NCBI GenBank assembly: GCA_051530055.1
Contig: CM121343.1
Span: forward strand, 7,130,021-7,194,020
Length of the DNA stretch: 64,000 bases
DNA from: Neoechinorhynchus agilis
Lineage: Eukaryota > Animalia > Acanthocephala
Direction of reading: 5' to 3'
In this document: positions 23,201 to 37,400 of the stretch, one piece after another
Numbering within the stretch: the first letter of the stretch is position 1
Layout of the letters: each line of letters begins with the position of its first letter
Translations under genes and position numbers: made by a program
The notes under the pieces: model-generated
The model's database searches: none
Told to the model about the DNA's origin: nothing
What the model saw: the letters and a program-made list of their open reading frames with translations, nothing else

Positions 23201-25176
23201 ATATTGGCCATCGATTCGGAGAATAGCAATGCGACCCCCATTATGGACGTTTTGATAAAGCGACAAGGAGCAGAGTTTGCAACCATTGCATACAGGGATA
23301 TCGGTATACCGACGGACATTGCCCCCTTCATCACAATGGCATCCATTAATTATAAAATTGCCGGAATTAAGTCGCTTTTTTATGGTGCTTACAACTATTG
23401 CACCAACCAAGATTCCTTCAATAATGAGTTAGAGTTTCTTTGGAAGAAGGAATAGTTGCAGGGCCTTCTATGGAAGGAAAACAGTGTGCCAGGAGCCGAA
23501 ACGAAGGGTATTTATAGGTGCAACATTCATCGATGATGAATTATTCAATACAATTGGCAATCTGGTTAAAGGAGCTGCGCCCAAGGACCTAGATTGTTGT
23601 ATCTACACGAGGAAAGCTAAACCATTAAGCTCCATGGTGAAGAAACGATATGAACATGAAAGCAATTCCCAGCGGAGAATGTAGTAAATCCAATGTAGGC
23701 GAAACAAACAAGTTTGAAAAAATACATCAAAAGACCGAAATATGATCTGAGTAGAGGCATCGATGCCAGTTCAGTGATATCTAACCATTTTGAGCAACAA
23801 GATACCGTCATGGGTATAGGCAGTGCCAACTTTTTGGCTCGAAGTGAATCCAAATGGAATCGCGTTATAATGGAGGCATTATTTATTCCCCAGGTTTAAT
23901 CTTTAGACTGGGGAATGAATGAGACTTAAACTGAATCTTAGCACCGTGTGAATATAATCACTCCCCGTGTGTGTTCGTAGAACTTGATAAAGGCACAAAA
24001 TTGTGTAAAGATATCGGAATTAATAAAAAAAAGTTACGTTTTCGCCATAAAAAAGCATGAATAGTTCAATTTTCAAACAAAGCAATTGCCAGCGATAAAA
24101 AGACGATTCTATAACCATAAGTTAACCGTCCTCTCACTCTCCTCAGTTATGGACAAAACTCGAGCGGTGAAGGTACCCTCTGATAAGATTGTATTCTTTA
24201 ATACCTAATTTTTTTGCAAATTTCATCCAAATGTCAAGGATGGCGGTATAAATGTATGCATTTATTCTGAAAAGTCATCATTCCATGCTTTTCGATCTAA
24301 TTTACTTGTAGTTTGTCCTTGTCGCTAGGTGGCTTCAAAGTTATCCGCTGTCATTATCAGAACGCGAGGAGCGGGAAAGGTAGAAATCAATCGTGATAGC
24401 GTCCTTTACAAGTTAAGAGCTATCAATAAATTGCGTTTCTCCTAAAGTGGTCAAAGAAATGATTTCTTGTATGTGTAGTGGGTCTGAATGCCAAAAAAAG
24501 GAACAAGAATCGCAAAAAGTTCATTCGGTACTTAAATGCTCTAGTAAACTTCGAACTTAGCGGATGCACAGCATCATAATTTGAGCCAACGCGCAGGATT
24601 TTTGAATCAAAGAGAAATTGGTCAGAAGACTTAAGGTTCATTTCTACATACCTTAATCCTAGCGTTTGTTAATCGCTTTACGATCCAAGTGATCGATGGA
24701 TTGGATGGCCACAACCCGCAATTCGGACTGCACGAATGTTAAAGCAGTATTATTCTTCGTTTAAATAATTGCGAAATCTAATTACGATGCTTAGGTTATA
24801 TCATAAACGAACTCTTTAAACTGACACGATGCGCTAAATTCCGTGGCCAAGGTCGCCGAGGAACAATGTTCAGAAATACTTCTTGGCTCGTAAAAATTAC
24901 ACCATCGTCTCGAAAATGTTCTTAAACAGAGAAGATAAAGCGAATATAGAGTTTTTAGTGAAAATTCTCCTTTAATTCTAAGTGCGCCTCGAGATCTTTT
25001 ATACGCTCGTTGGATTCCGGTCGTGTGAGTCGCTAATCGGAACGATACGTCTTATTGATTTTTGGTTTACTGTGATTCGAGTTCAGTATTTGTTTCCATC
25101 TCTCAAATGGCGTAGCTTCCAAAATTTTTGCATGGATGAACTCTCCCAAACTCGACATTCTCTGGGGTTTTTGCAA

Positions 25177-25520
25177 AGCCTTGTTTGGTTTAAGAATAAA
25201 CCATTTTTTTGCGGATCTAAATAAAAAAACACAAAACCCTCATGAGTTTTAAAGACTTCTTTGGTTTAAGAAGAAACCATTTTTTTCGGATCTAAATTAA
25301 CAAAACACAAAACCCTCATGAGTTTTAAAGACTTCTTTGGTTTAAGAAGAAACCATTTTTTGCGGATCTAAATAAAAAAAACACAACACCCTCATGAGTT
25401 TTAAAGACTTCTTTGGTTTAAGAAAATATACCATTTTTTACGGATCTAAATAAAAAACACAAAACCCTCATGAGTTTTAGAGACTTCTTTTGTTTAAGAA
25501 GAAACCATTTTTTTCGGATC
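25177..25520. repeat. 76-bp minisatellite, ~4.5 copies
   Basis: TTT(G/T)GTTTAAG at 25184, 25260, 25336, 25412 and ~25488. Confidence 0.95.
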
Positions 25521-26439
25521 TTGCCATAATCCACAAGAACGAATTCTCGTGCATTCGTTTTCACATTGCATCTTGGATTTTATTTACGACAATTGCTATT
25601 GAAGTCTTAAACAAACGTGCTTCACGCTTCTGTTTAAAATTCTCCATAAACAACTAGACTAAAGGAATGAATTGTAAAGCAATTGAAAAAAATTTCTCTC
25701 TTCCTAAAAATATCTTTGCTGAGCAATTTTCATCGCGTACTGTCTACTTTTTAAGCACATTGGTCCCTTAATTTATTCTTAATATCTCGTTCAAATCATC
25801 CGTCGTTCCATGCGAACTCGTTGCTGTGCATTGAATCTACCTCTTTTTCCCCTTCCGATTACAATCGTTTAAGTTTTCTGGATGCTTGGTGGTATTACGC
25901 GATCGAGGAATCGTTTATCTTTAGCTGAAATCTATTTTAAGTGAGTTTAAGAAATATTATTGCGTTAAATCGCTGTACAATCAGGTGATAAGATAATAAT
26001 GCCATCATTTGTTCTTGGATATCGATCAAATTTAAAATTAAGGTAGAACCGGCGCCCGGGAATGATCTGCGGCGTTTTTCCTCGATTTTATTAAGAATAA
26101 TGTACATACAAAAACACCTTCCTGCAATCCACTACATGACCTATCATCCATTAAAGCTTCTTACACTTCAACGGCATTTTAACCTGCCTTCTGTTACAAC
26201 TTTATAACAAATTTCCTTTGTTATTAAGGTTATTTATAGTCATTAGAAAACTTTATACCGAACTTAAATTTTTAAATCGACTAAAATATCAGCGGCAATT
26301 CGCCATTTACGACTCGTCAATCGTAGGCTGTTCGCATGTTTTAGTTTACTCAAAGACAAGCAAACTTTAAATTAAAGTCAATAGGTTAATATCGATTGAT
26401 GCGATTATTAATAATATGTGACGCGTTCCAGCATACAAT

Positions 26440-26644
26440 AAATTTGAGTATTCTCACCGGTTAGTTCTATAGTTTTTCATAAATCTACGTTAGACACACA
26501 ACGATTCTCGATTAAATATCCCGGTTAATCGCCATGAGCACACTAAATTTGAGTATTCTCACCGGTTAGTTCTTTAGTTTTTCATAAATCTACGTTAGAC
26601 ACACAGCGATTCTCGATTAAATATCCCGGTTAATCGCCATGAGC
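26440..26644. repeat. 105-bp tandem duplication
   Basis: AAATTTGAGTATTCTCACCGG at 26440 and 26545. Confidence 0.95.
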
Positions 26645-26730
26645 AATTGGTACATTGCGACTATGCTTTATTTTAGAAAAAATTATGAAACAAAGATAAC
26701 ATAGTAATTAGTCACTTTTCAATACGGTAT

Positions 26731-27350
26731 ATTTCAAGAATTTTATATAGGTACAGTCATGGCAATTATGTCAATAATGCTAACAGCAGTTTAATTATTC
26801 TTACAATTAGCAGTTATTTTATATACCATTTGCTGTATTCGATTTTCACTCCCTTATAAAAACTGCATATTGCGGACATTCCTGGATGCATGGTGAACAA
26901 ATACTTTACGGAGAGTCTGAGGATGTCTTAGAGCGAGAATTAAAGTAAATTTCAAGAATTTTATATAGGTACAGTCATGGCAATTATGTCAATAATGCTA
27001 ACAGCAGTTTAATTATTCTTACAATTAGCAGTTATTTTATATACCATTTGCTGTATTCGATTTTCACTCCCTTATAAAAACTGCATATTGCGGACATTCC
27101 TGGATGCATGATGAACAAATACTTTACGGAGAGTCTGAGGATGTCTTAGAGCGAGAATTAAAGTAAATTTCAAGAATTTTATATAGGTACAGTCATGGCA
27201 ATTATGTCAATAATGCTAACAGCAGTTTAATTATTCTTACAATTAGCAGTTATTTTATATACCATTTGCTGTATTCGATTTTCACTCCCTTATAAAAACT
27301 GCATATTGCGGACATTCCTGCATGCATGGTGAACAAATACTTTACGGATT
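26731..27350. repeat. 218-bp tandem repeat, ~2.8 near-identical copies
   Basis: ATTTCAAGAATTTTATATAGG at 26731, 26949 and 27167. Confidence 0.95.
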
Positions 27351-28468
27351 CTTAGAACGAGGATAAATCTCATTCTGGAATGAAAGCACGATGAAATATA
27401 AATTTAAAGAGCCGTAGTACTTTTAGAAGCATTTATTTTTCTATTGTGGTTCGTCCATGGATATCACCATGCCAAATTTCAGAGAAACGGCTGTATACCA
27501 CGAAGAGTTTTTCTGGAAAAGATTACTAGATTAACACTGTGAGCTGCGAGTACTTGATTGACAACTACTTAGTTGACAGATTTTTATGTGAGTGCTGGTG
27601 GACCTCGCAATACAGCCGAAATCATAATGTGACTCGCAAATTCCGACAGTCAGGCGCAGAACAAGATGGTATTGATAAGATTTCGAGCGAGATGTCATCT
27701 TCAAGATCAATATTCAATGTCATGAACGATAATGCTCACTGCCACTCATGGCACAAAAATAACGTGCACGAGTACGGTGTGCTTTTTATGTCCGAACTTA
27801 TGCGCGTGTAATGGCGTGGAACAGGTGCTGTGCGGAATCAATCGATTATTGGCGATCAGTTTAAGGTCCTGCGAGTAGAGCTCACACTGCATAAGCGTTA
27901 GATCCTAGAGATTGAGCATCGAGTTCATCCGATGAAGTAGGAATCATGATGATGATGAAGATGAGAAGGCGGGTATTCACTCAGCCATACGTAAACGGTG
28001 AGGGAAACAACCAATCGTGTGATTGCCGAGACATCTCGCGCAGTCGGTGCAATGAACGTAGAAAGATGGTATTTTCCACTGCTCGTGCACTCAGCATAAC
28101 AGGATGCATGAAGCGCATCTACCTCACCGAGGCGTTTTTTTAGACTAGGGTGGCACGGCGAAATGCTGGTTGCAAAGGACTATCTGTGACACTGAGGGAA
28201 AGGCTGTTTATGTCTAAGAGAGTACGATAGGTGATACCGAGCGCTGGGTGGATCCATAGTAAAAAAAATTGATACTACCGCTTCTTGTGCGTGTGCCTCA
28301 CATTTGTAGAAAATATTTTTGCGATCGCACCTTTCCACATTCATTTCGACGCAAGGGAGCCAAAAAGGACTAGATATAAGAAAGCAGCGCGCTGGTATAT
28401 TCGAAATATTCTGGAGAAAAAGACAACTTGTGTCTTAAATCATTAACAGCCGGACGAGTAGATTATCG

Positions 28469-31400
28469 ATGACCGGTCATGAAGTAGCCCCAGAGTTCCA
28501 AAAACCACCAGCGATCACACAAGTAGACAACGGACTTAGTGTGCTCATAGATTCAATTGTACAGGCGAACCCGCCTCCCTCGTGTACTTGGTACCTAAAC
28601 GATAAACCTGTAGTGAAATCAGCGAGGATCATTCCATCTCTTGAAAAACGGGGGTCAAATTTTCAGTGCAGTTTACTGATTAAGAATGTTGGACTTGATG
28701 ATGGAGGTATTTACCGATTGATTATTAAAAATGAATTGGGAGAGTTGAAGGCTACAGTGAATCTGCAACTTCAAGGTAGACTCCCATTATTACATAGAGC
28801 AAACATTTAACATTTTTTCACAAATTTAGCTGACGACGAGCCTGATGAGGAGTAAGTATTTTGTTCGTCTGTCCAATAGATGTCGGAAAATAATTCAAAC
28901 ACCCTATAGAAAAGCATAAATTGCATGTGAACACAGTTCAAGATCCGCTTTATGTATATATGTAGATGCATGAGCTCTCCATACATCAAAATTCCGGCTC
29001 GATTTACATATGGGCGAGTTTTGACTGCATAAACCTGGTAGAAATATAGACAATAATAGAGTGGCAGAACAATTTTAAACTGGCTCGAACTATACGCCGT
29101 TTAGTCGAAAGGGACCTAAGTTTACACAAAAACCAGTCATCAGACAGGAAAGCGACGGGGTAGTTTTTGAATGCCGACTCACGGCTGATTCGCCACCACA
29201 ATGTGAATGGTATAAAGGAACTGATAAACTCGAAACTGGAGGTCGTAGCCTCTCTTAGCGATATGAGAATCTAATCCTTGAGATCATTATAGGTCGCTAT
29301 ATTATCAACATCCAGTCATTACCGGATGATTCATACTTAGTCTCTTGTACTGTCAAGGACATTCAAGCGACTGATGGAGGAGCATATAGAGTAGTTGCTA
29401 AGAATGCCAATGGCGAGGCAACGGCTACTTTAAGTCTAAACATCTCAGGTTGCAATGGATTTCATACTTAACGAATTTATCCCCAATATGGTTTTTAATT
29501 AAGACAATAAGGGTCGGCCCAATATCCTGGAGAATATTCAAATAAGACCTTTTGTGGATAAAGTGGATGATGCAATAATGATTCAGTGCCTCTGTGAGGC
29601 GGATCCTGTTCCCGACTTTGTTTGGTATTTTAAAGGAAACCCACTTAGCCAGTCAAGCAAATATGTCAACAGGTTTGGTGATAGATGCTTAAACTCTATT
29701 TTTAAAATCCAATCATTAAGTGTTCTTGTCGAGGGAGATAAATATGTCGCTGTGCTAGTCATCAATAATGTGACTAAGTCAGATTCCGGTGAATATCGTC
29801 TGGTAGCAAGAAATAATAAAGGAGAACATTCTGCTAATATAAATGTGGATGGCGGTGGTGCTCGAATGTACGTAAAAATTTTTTTAGAATTTGTGTATCT
29901 AATTTAAATTTGTTCTTAAATGTTTAATGTAAAGCGCCTTTTCTCATAGATTAAACGATCTGGCCAGAAAAAGAGTAGCAATTCCTTTATACTATTTTTA
30001 GAAAACAAAACCCAACAACTTAGATTAGCAAATTAATGGATTTTATATTCCATGTATGCTGGTTTCATTAATTTTTATCTTTAGTCTACCGAGCGGGGTT
30101 CCACCGAAGCAAATCAGTCCAACAAAATGCCAAATGAAGGGCAGTGATTTGATAATATCAACTGAATTTGAGGCTAGCCCACTGCCTTCGTTCAACTGGA
30201 CTCGAAATGATAACCACTTGAATGAACCGAGATTCATACCGACTGTTGAGAAAACCGGTGATGGAAAATACACGGCTCAGCTTACCGTTAAAGTATAACA
30301 GCTTTGAAACCCGATTTAACTCAATGCAAATTTAATATATTTAGAATGCTACCACTAAGGACTCTGCAAAATATGCATGCACGGCTCTTAATGAGTTGGG
30401 CAGTATGAAGGCTGAACTTCAATTATTAATGAAGAGTACGATATAATACGTTCACTACGCTGTTAACTAATCTGCCATAATCGAATAGATGGCAAACCGG
30501 AAATAAATTCGCCCAACGACCTTGCTCCATCTTTGACAGGAAGTCCAAAGATAAAATTCGATTCCGATAACAAAATTCTTCAGATCACTTGTCCCTTGAA
30601 AGCACAACCGTCTCCAACGATAAAATGGTCGAAAAAGAAAGTCGCTCTTAGTAACAAAGGAAAAACCGATTTGAAAGTGGAACCAACTGATACCGGTGCA
30701 TTTAATGCAGTTCTGACAATTACGGTAATTTTGACAATTGGAAATCTTTAGCTAAATTTCAATAGGATTTTGAACCTGACGACAATGGTTTCTACAAGCT
30801 TGAAGCTATTAATTCCGCGGGCGTCTGTACAGCAAACTTCATGGTGGATAGCAGTAAGGCCGAGTAAGTTCTATTTGATGTAACGTAAATTTTGTTAAAC
30901 TGTAAATTATAACAGAAAAGACATTCTTCGTCACAATGTGGAGCTAACAAAGCCCGAAACTAGTTATAATCAAAACACAGGGACCCTCACAATCAAACTA
31001 AACTGTATTTCGAGCGGAAAGCCAGCGATCGCATGGATCAAGGATGGGAAGAAGATAGCAAAAAATGTGCGAATGACTTATAATTGGTCACAATCGTTAT
31101 AGTTTCTCGCTCATTGCAGGCACACTATGTCCCGTCCACGAAGGATGAGAACCCAATGGCTATTAAGTTATTAATAAAGGACTTTAAATCCTCGGATTTT
31201 GGAAAATATAGCGTAAAAGCAAGCATTGGAGACATTTCCGATACTAAAGTGATAGTAGTTGATGAAGGTATTGATTTTTCTTTTTGTCATTATAAAGCAC
31301 CTCTTGACCATGTAAGACATCGTGAATTTAAAAGAAGCGGATGAAGAAATAGATACAAAAGATGATGAACCTCAGGAAGAGAAATCTCTCGATGAAAAAG

Positions 31401-34400
31401 TAGAGGATAAGGATGCAAAAAAGTCGAAGAATGAAGATCAGCAAGTAAGAGCACAATCTGAAGGCACTATTATTAAATTGCAACAGGCAGCGGCATTGAA
31501 AAAGGAACAGGAAAGTAAACCGTGCTTTGTTGGACAGTTGCGTACAACTGTGAGTAGGCAACTTTTGAACAGTAAATCGGTTTAAATCGCTTGAGAATAC
31601 AGGCAGCGACTGATGGTGATAAGGTAGTTTTACAATGGAATTACGAGAGCTCCAGTCCATTGAGCGAAATTGTTTGGTTTCACAATGGCAAGGAGATATC
31701 TCCATCAGACGATTTTGTGAGCGAGGACGACGGAAAGTCAGTTCGTCTCATTTTAAAGGATGCATATGTTGATGATGCCGGGGACTACAAATGTATAATA
31801 AGGAACAAAAGCGGAAGTGACGACCGTTCAACTAAAGTAACGGTAAATCCAAGGCGTGGGAGAGCACCCAGACGGAAACCAAAACCGCGTGCGCCAAAAC
31901 CGAAACCAAAGGAAACATCTATAAAAGCATCGACAGCAAAAGACGAAAAAGGAGATAGCCCTGTTAAACAGATTTCCAAGGATGCACCAAAAGCAGTATC
32001 AGAAGTTCCGAAAAAGGATACGGCACTCGATGAGCGGACTAACGTGCCCAATGTAGATGCTAAGGCCAGCACGCCCGAAACAGCAAAAAAGGAAGAAATA
32101 CCTTACAGAATGGCAGGTTCAACTGCTAGAGATTCTCCTAAGCCAGGGGTAATTGATGAATCTACAAAGGCTAGCATTCCCACAGACAAACACGGTGATA
32201 CACTTTTGAGGGAAAGTTCAAGGGCCGGGAAGGTCGACCCGAAAAGCAAGGAAGGAACACCCACGAGCGGAATCGAAGCAGCCAAGACCGATGCATTAAA
32301 ACCACTCGCAAGTCGCCAGAATAGTCCGGCTATTAGCCCACGCTCAAGCCCGAAAAAAGTCACCCCTGGAGTAAGCCTAAAGAAAGTTCCGGTATGTTGG
32401 GCACTTAATCAAAATATGGAAAGTAATTTAAAATTTAGCAACAGGCTCTTAGAGCCACAGTCAAACCAGCGCTTGGCGTTGAAGTTGGGGCTGCCTCTGC
32501 AACTCCATTGGGAGCGGGTGATGGTGCAAAATGGCCTACACTGCGCAAGACGACAGTTGCGAAAAAGGTAAGAGCGTTATGGGATTTTATTATTACGATA
32601 TTTGCAGGTCCCTGATCATTGGGTTGTCCACATGGCAGATAAAACTTCCAATGAAGAGGAAGGTACAACGACTATGGAAGCTACTTTTTGTAGGGCAGGT
32701 GGAAGGCTAAGATGGTAAGAGAATTATCGTAGTCTGCTTTTATTTAAATCAATCAAATAACAGGTACAAGAATCGAGTTGAGATATTTCATGGGCAAAAA
32801 TATAACTTTATATCGGAAGGACCGGTTCAAAAACTTCAGATAAATAAAATCATACCTGACGATAGTGGCCGATACATTTGCTCTGTGAATGATGTAGAAA
32901 CGAAGGCATGGTTGGAAGTTGCATGTGAGTTTTGAAGCTTGATCGAGATCTTAACGCAAAGAGTGCTTATTTTCTATATAGCCGGAAAACCGGATTTTGA
33001 ATTTTACTTGCAGTTACCAGCTAAAAATGAAGTATTCCGCACAAAGTCTTGTTTACTGGAGTGTCATGTGAACCATCCTGATTGCCCAGTGAGGTGGACA
33101 AAAGATGGAAAACAGATCGACAAAGACGATAAGAAATATTCAATGATTCGAGATTTGACTCGTTGTTTACTTAGAATTAATAAGACAGTTAGGGCAGACG
33201 AAGGAGTTTATGCATGTGAAATCGAAGGAGTCGAGGATAAGAAAACTTCATGCTATTTGTACATTACTGAGCCGCAATGGAGGTTCAGTAAAAAGCTACC
33301 GCCTACGATCGAGGTGGACGAAAGTATGGACTCCGTACTTGAAGTTCAGGTTGAAGATCCTGATGCGGAGTGCGAGTGGTTTCATAAGGGTGAATTGATT
33401 CCGGATGACAACTCAAATTCAAAATACGTTATTGAGTCACACGGTCGTATCAGGCGACTAACAATAAAAGGATGCAGACCGACGATCGACTCGGGATTCG
33501 TTGAATGTAAAACCGGCGTGATGGTAACTCAAACAAACCTCATTGTAAAGCGTAAGATGGCACCTTGAACGTTCTGAAGGTGTTTTGTTTTTCTAGCAAA
33601 ACTAAAAATATTGGACGGATTAAAGGATTTAAAACTCAAAGAAGGTAATGATATCGATCTAAAGGTGGAACTCAGTATGCCAAGGAAAAATGTGGCATGG
33701 TTGTTTAACGGCAAACGTATTCTCCCCGACGCAAAGTATGTCAGCAGATTTAACTTTATTTCTTATCTAATTCGATTATTATATCAGTCATATTATTCTG
33801 AATGATGGCAACCAGTACACTTTGAAAATAAGAGAAACGACCCTCGGATCGGGTGGAAAATATTCAATGACTATTGATGGCTTAGAAACTTCATGCGATA
33901 TCATAGTAAATGAAGGTAGTTACCCGAATCGATTAGAAGCTTGTCGCTAAATTAAGCTTTAACTTTAGCCGACAAAAAACCAGAAATAGATATGAGTGAA
34001 ATTCCAAAACACATGCATATAGTCGAAGGAAATAAATTGAGGATCGTAGTTCCATTTAGAGGTTCGAACAATTAATTTTAGCAAATAATTTCAAAGCAAT
34101 TATCTACATTAATTAGCTAATCCGGCCCCTGATATACAATGGTTGGTTAACGGTAAACCGATTGCACACTCCGATGCTAAAATGACTTCAAACGGCAAGC
34201 AGGCTATCCTTGAAATTCCAGTTACCAAGCGCAGTGATACCGCAACCTATTCGATTAGACTTGGAAATTCGGTTGGTGAAGCTAAGGCAGATATTGCTGT
34301 GGTTGTAGCAGGTTAATTTTTATTTGCCCTGAGAACATTTAGCATTTGTCTTATAGGAAAACCCGATGCACCAGAGGGCCCAATGCGAATTAGCGAAGGA

Positions 34401-37400
34401 ACGAAATCAGGGTGCCTTCTAGGTTGGAGAGCTCCCCTTTCGGATGGTGGTTCGCCCATTATGAATTACACCGTTGAGCAGCAGGATGCAGCAACCGGCA
34501 CATGGGAACAAATTGCTCATGTTCCAGCAGATTCGGTTAAATACAAAGTGGGAGGCTTATCACAAGGCAAAACATATAATTTCCGAGTCAGGGCTGTAAA
34601 CAAGGCAGGGATCAGTATACCTTTAGAAGCCAGTCAACCATTTGTCGCTAAAAATCCCTATGATGTGGCTACAGCTCCTGGTCCGCTTGAAGTTGTCGAC
34701 GTGGATGCTCATGAGGTCACTCTTCAATGGACGCCTCCAGAAAACGACGGTGGAGCCAAGATAGAACAATACGTTGTCGAGAAGAGATCGCCTGGAACCG
34801 ATTGGACAAGGGCTGCCATTGTGAATGGTTCTGAATGCAAGGCGGTAGTAAAGGATTTGACTGTAGAGACAAAATTCGATTTTCGGGTCATGGCTCTTAA
34901 CAAAGCGGGTTTAAGTGATTCTTCAAATCTGCAAAAGCCTTGTTTGACTACGCCAAAAACAGTGAAGCCAGTCATCAGAAAAGGAGCCCTTAAAGATACT
35001 ACTATTAAGAAAGGACACACACTTAGGTTATTGATTCCATTCGTGGCTAAACCGACACCAGACGTTGTTTGGATGCTTGATGGAAAGGAAATTAAACCCG
35101 AAGAGGATAAAAGGGTGGAGGTAAAGAATACCGATAAGAGTTCTGAGCTCGTATTAAAAGATATTCTCAGAAGTAACCAGGGAAAATATTCAGTTAAACT
35201 TACCAATTCTGCTGGTTCTGATAGTACTTGGTGCAATGTCGTTGTTTTAGGTCCCCCAGATAGGCCGGTGGGTCCACTAAAAGTAAATGAGGTTACAAAG
35301 AATTCTGTGGCACTGTCGTGGTCACCCCCAGCTGATAATGGAGGAAAGCCGATCAAAAATTATATTATTGAAAAAATGGATGTTAACAGCGGAGAATGGG
35401 TTCGAGCTGCGGAAACTGAAGGAACTTCGTTCAATGTTCCGAAATTGAAGCAAAATCACCGATACAAGTTCAGAGTGTCAGCTGAGAGTGACGAAGGTAT
35501 CAGTGAACCATTGGAGATTGGAGACGATGTCCTGGTTAAGCCACCGTTTGACGAGCCCGGTGCCCCTGGCATTCCTATAGTTTTAGACAAAGATAGAAGC
35601 CACATAAGTATCAAATGGTCACCCCCAAGTAATGATGGCGGTGCTCCGATCTACGGATATATTTTAGAGCGGAAAGCTAAGCCTTCCGACAAATGGATGA
35701 AGATACACCCTGAAGACTTCGTAACATCACTAAAGTTTAATGATATTAGGGTCAAACCCAATGAATTTTATGAGTATCGTGTAACAGCGTTGAACGAAGC
35801 TGGGCCAGGCCCGAGTAGTGCATCTACGGGACAATTGCAGGCTAAGCCCGATAAGGAGGCACCAAAGTTGGACACTGCTAATCTACCTAAGATTGGTGGT
35901 CGAAATGAGCTTCGAGTGTACGTTGGAGATCCGATTGATTTGACATTGCCGATGATTGGTACTCCAAAGCCTGAGGTGGAATGCACTAAATTTGTGCAAG
36001 ACGCAGTTCAGCCAAGTCGTTTACAACTGACTCAAAATGAAGAAACGCTGTCTTTGAAACATCCGTCAGCAACTAGGGGTGATTCAGGAATATATGAGAT
36101 TAAAATTTCAAACGAATTGGGAACCGACACAGAGCAGGTACATGTAGTAGTAATTGGACCACCTAGTCCAGTCAAAGGACCGCTTATGTATGAGAATACA
36201 GGAAAATCTGAAGTTCTGCTAAAGTGGGAAGCACCTGAAGATGATGGTGGTCTGCCGTTGCTCGGATATGTACTTGAGAAGTGTCCAGCTGGATCGGATA
36301 CATGGGAACCATGCGGAGAAGCTGCAACTACTCGTTTCACAGTTAGGAATCTAGAGCCAATGCAAAAATATAAATTTAGAGTCAAGGCGCAGAATCAAAA
36401 GGGCACCAGCGAGCCGGTTGATACCGAGAATGACATTTTGATCAAGCCGCCGTATGATCCCCCTGGAGCGCCAACTCAGCCTGAAATCACTGCCTTCGAT
36501 AAGGACTTTGTCGCTTTAAAATGGACAAAGCCTCTTAGCGATGGTGGGAATCCTATCCAAGGATACAGCGTGGAAATGCGAGAAGTCCAATCTGGTGCAG
36601 AGTGGATGCCATGCATATCCGGCCTCGTACGAGATACGGAATGTATGGCTACCTCTGTAAAACCCGGTCGCAATTATGAATTCAGGGTTAAGGCAATAAA
36701 TGAAGCAGGTTCTGGAGAGCCGAGTAAAGCTTCCAAGCCTCAAAAAACTGTATCGCCTATCACTCCACCGAGCACTTGTGGCCAACCTGTTGTTGATTCT
36801 ATCGACACTACGGAAGCAAAATTATCGTGGAAGCCTCCAGATGATGATGGTGGTGCAAAAGTAAATGCTTACGTTATTGAAGTATCAAATTCCGCCGAGC
36901 CTGGAGTTTGGACTGTAGCTGCGGAGGTGCCGGGCCGCGATAGATGCGCGACAATACCAAAGCTTAAGAAAGGGAGCGATGTCAGTTTTAGGATTACTGC
37001 TGTTAATGAAGCGGGTTCCAGTTCGCCAAGCGCGGCCACAGATTATATGCTGGTTGAGGATCCTCCGGAACCACCCCGTTTCTTAGATTTATCTCAATTA
37101 AAGGACATAATTTGCAAAGCCGGAGATTCGTCCACAGTTACCGTAGGTTTTAAAGGATTTCCAATTCCAAACGTCGAATTGTCAATGCCTGAGGAGCCGG
37201 ATAGAGTATTGGATACTACAAGACTAACAAGCAAGTTGGATGGCGATCAGGTATTGATCGGCAATACAAGTGCCGAAAGAGGAGATACTGGCCTGTATAA
37301 ACTGTCACTAAGAAATTCTTTGGGAACTGCATCAACAACATTCCATGTAACTGTGTTTGACACACCAGCGATTCCTAGCGGACCAGTGGAAACGTCGGTT

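Noticed and set aside
25177-25520. Regularly spaced repeats resembling a CRISPR array
   Set aside because: Whole 76-bp units repeat with no unique spacers, in a eukaryotic context without cas genes.
29240-29296. Twitchin intron (29242-29292) flanked by an AGGTCG direct repeat, suggesting introner-type gain
   Set aside because: It is an ordinary GT-AG intron. AG|GT is the common proto-splice context, only 2 extra bases match, and there is no convincing end-to-end hairpin.
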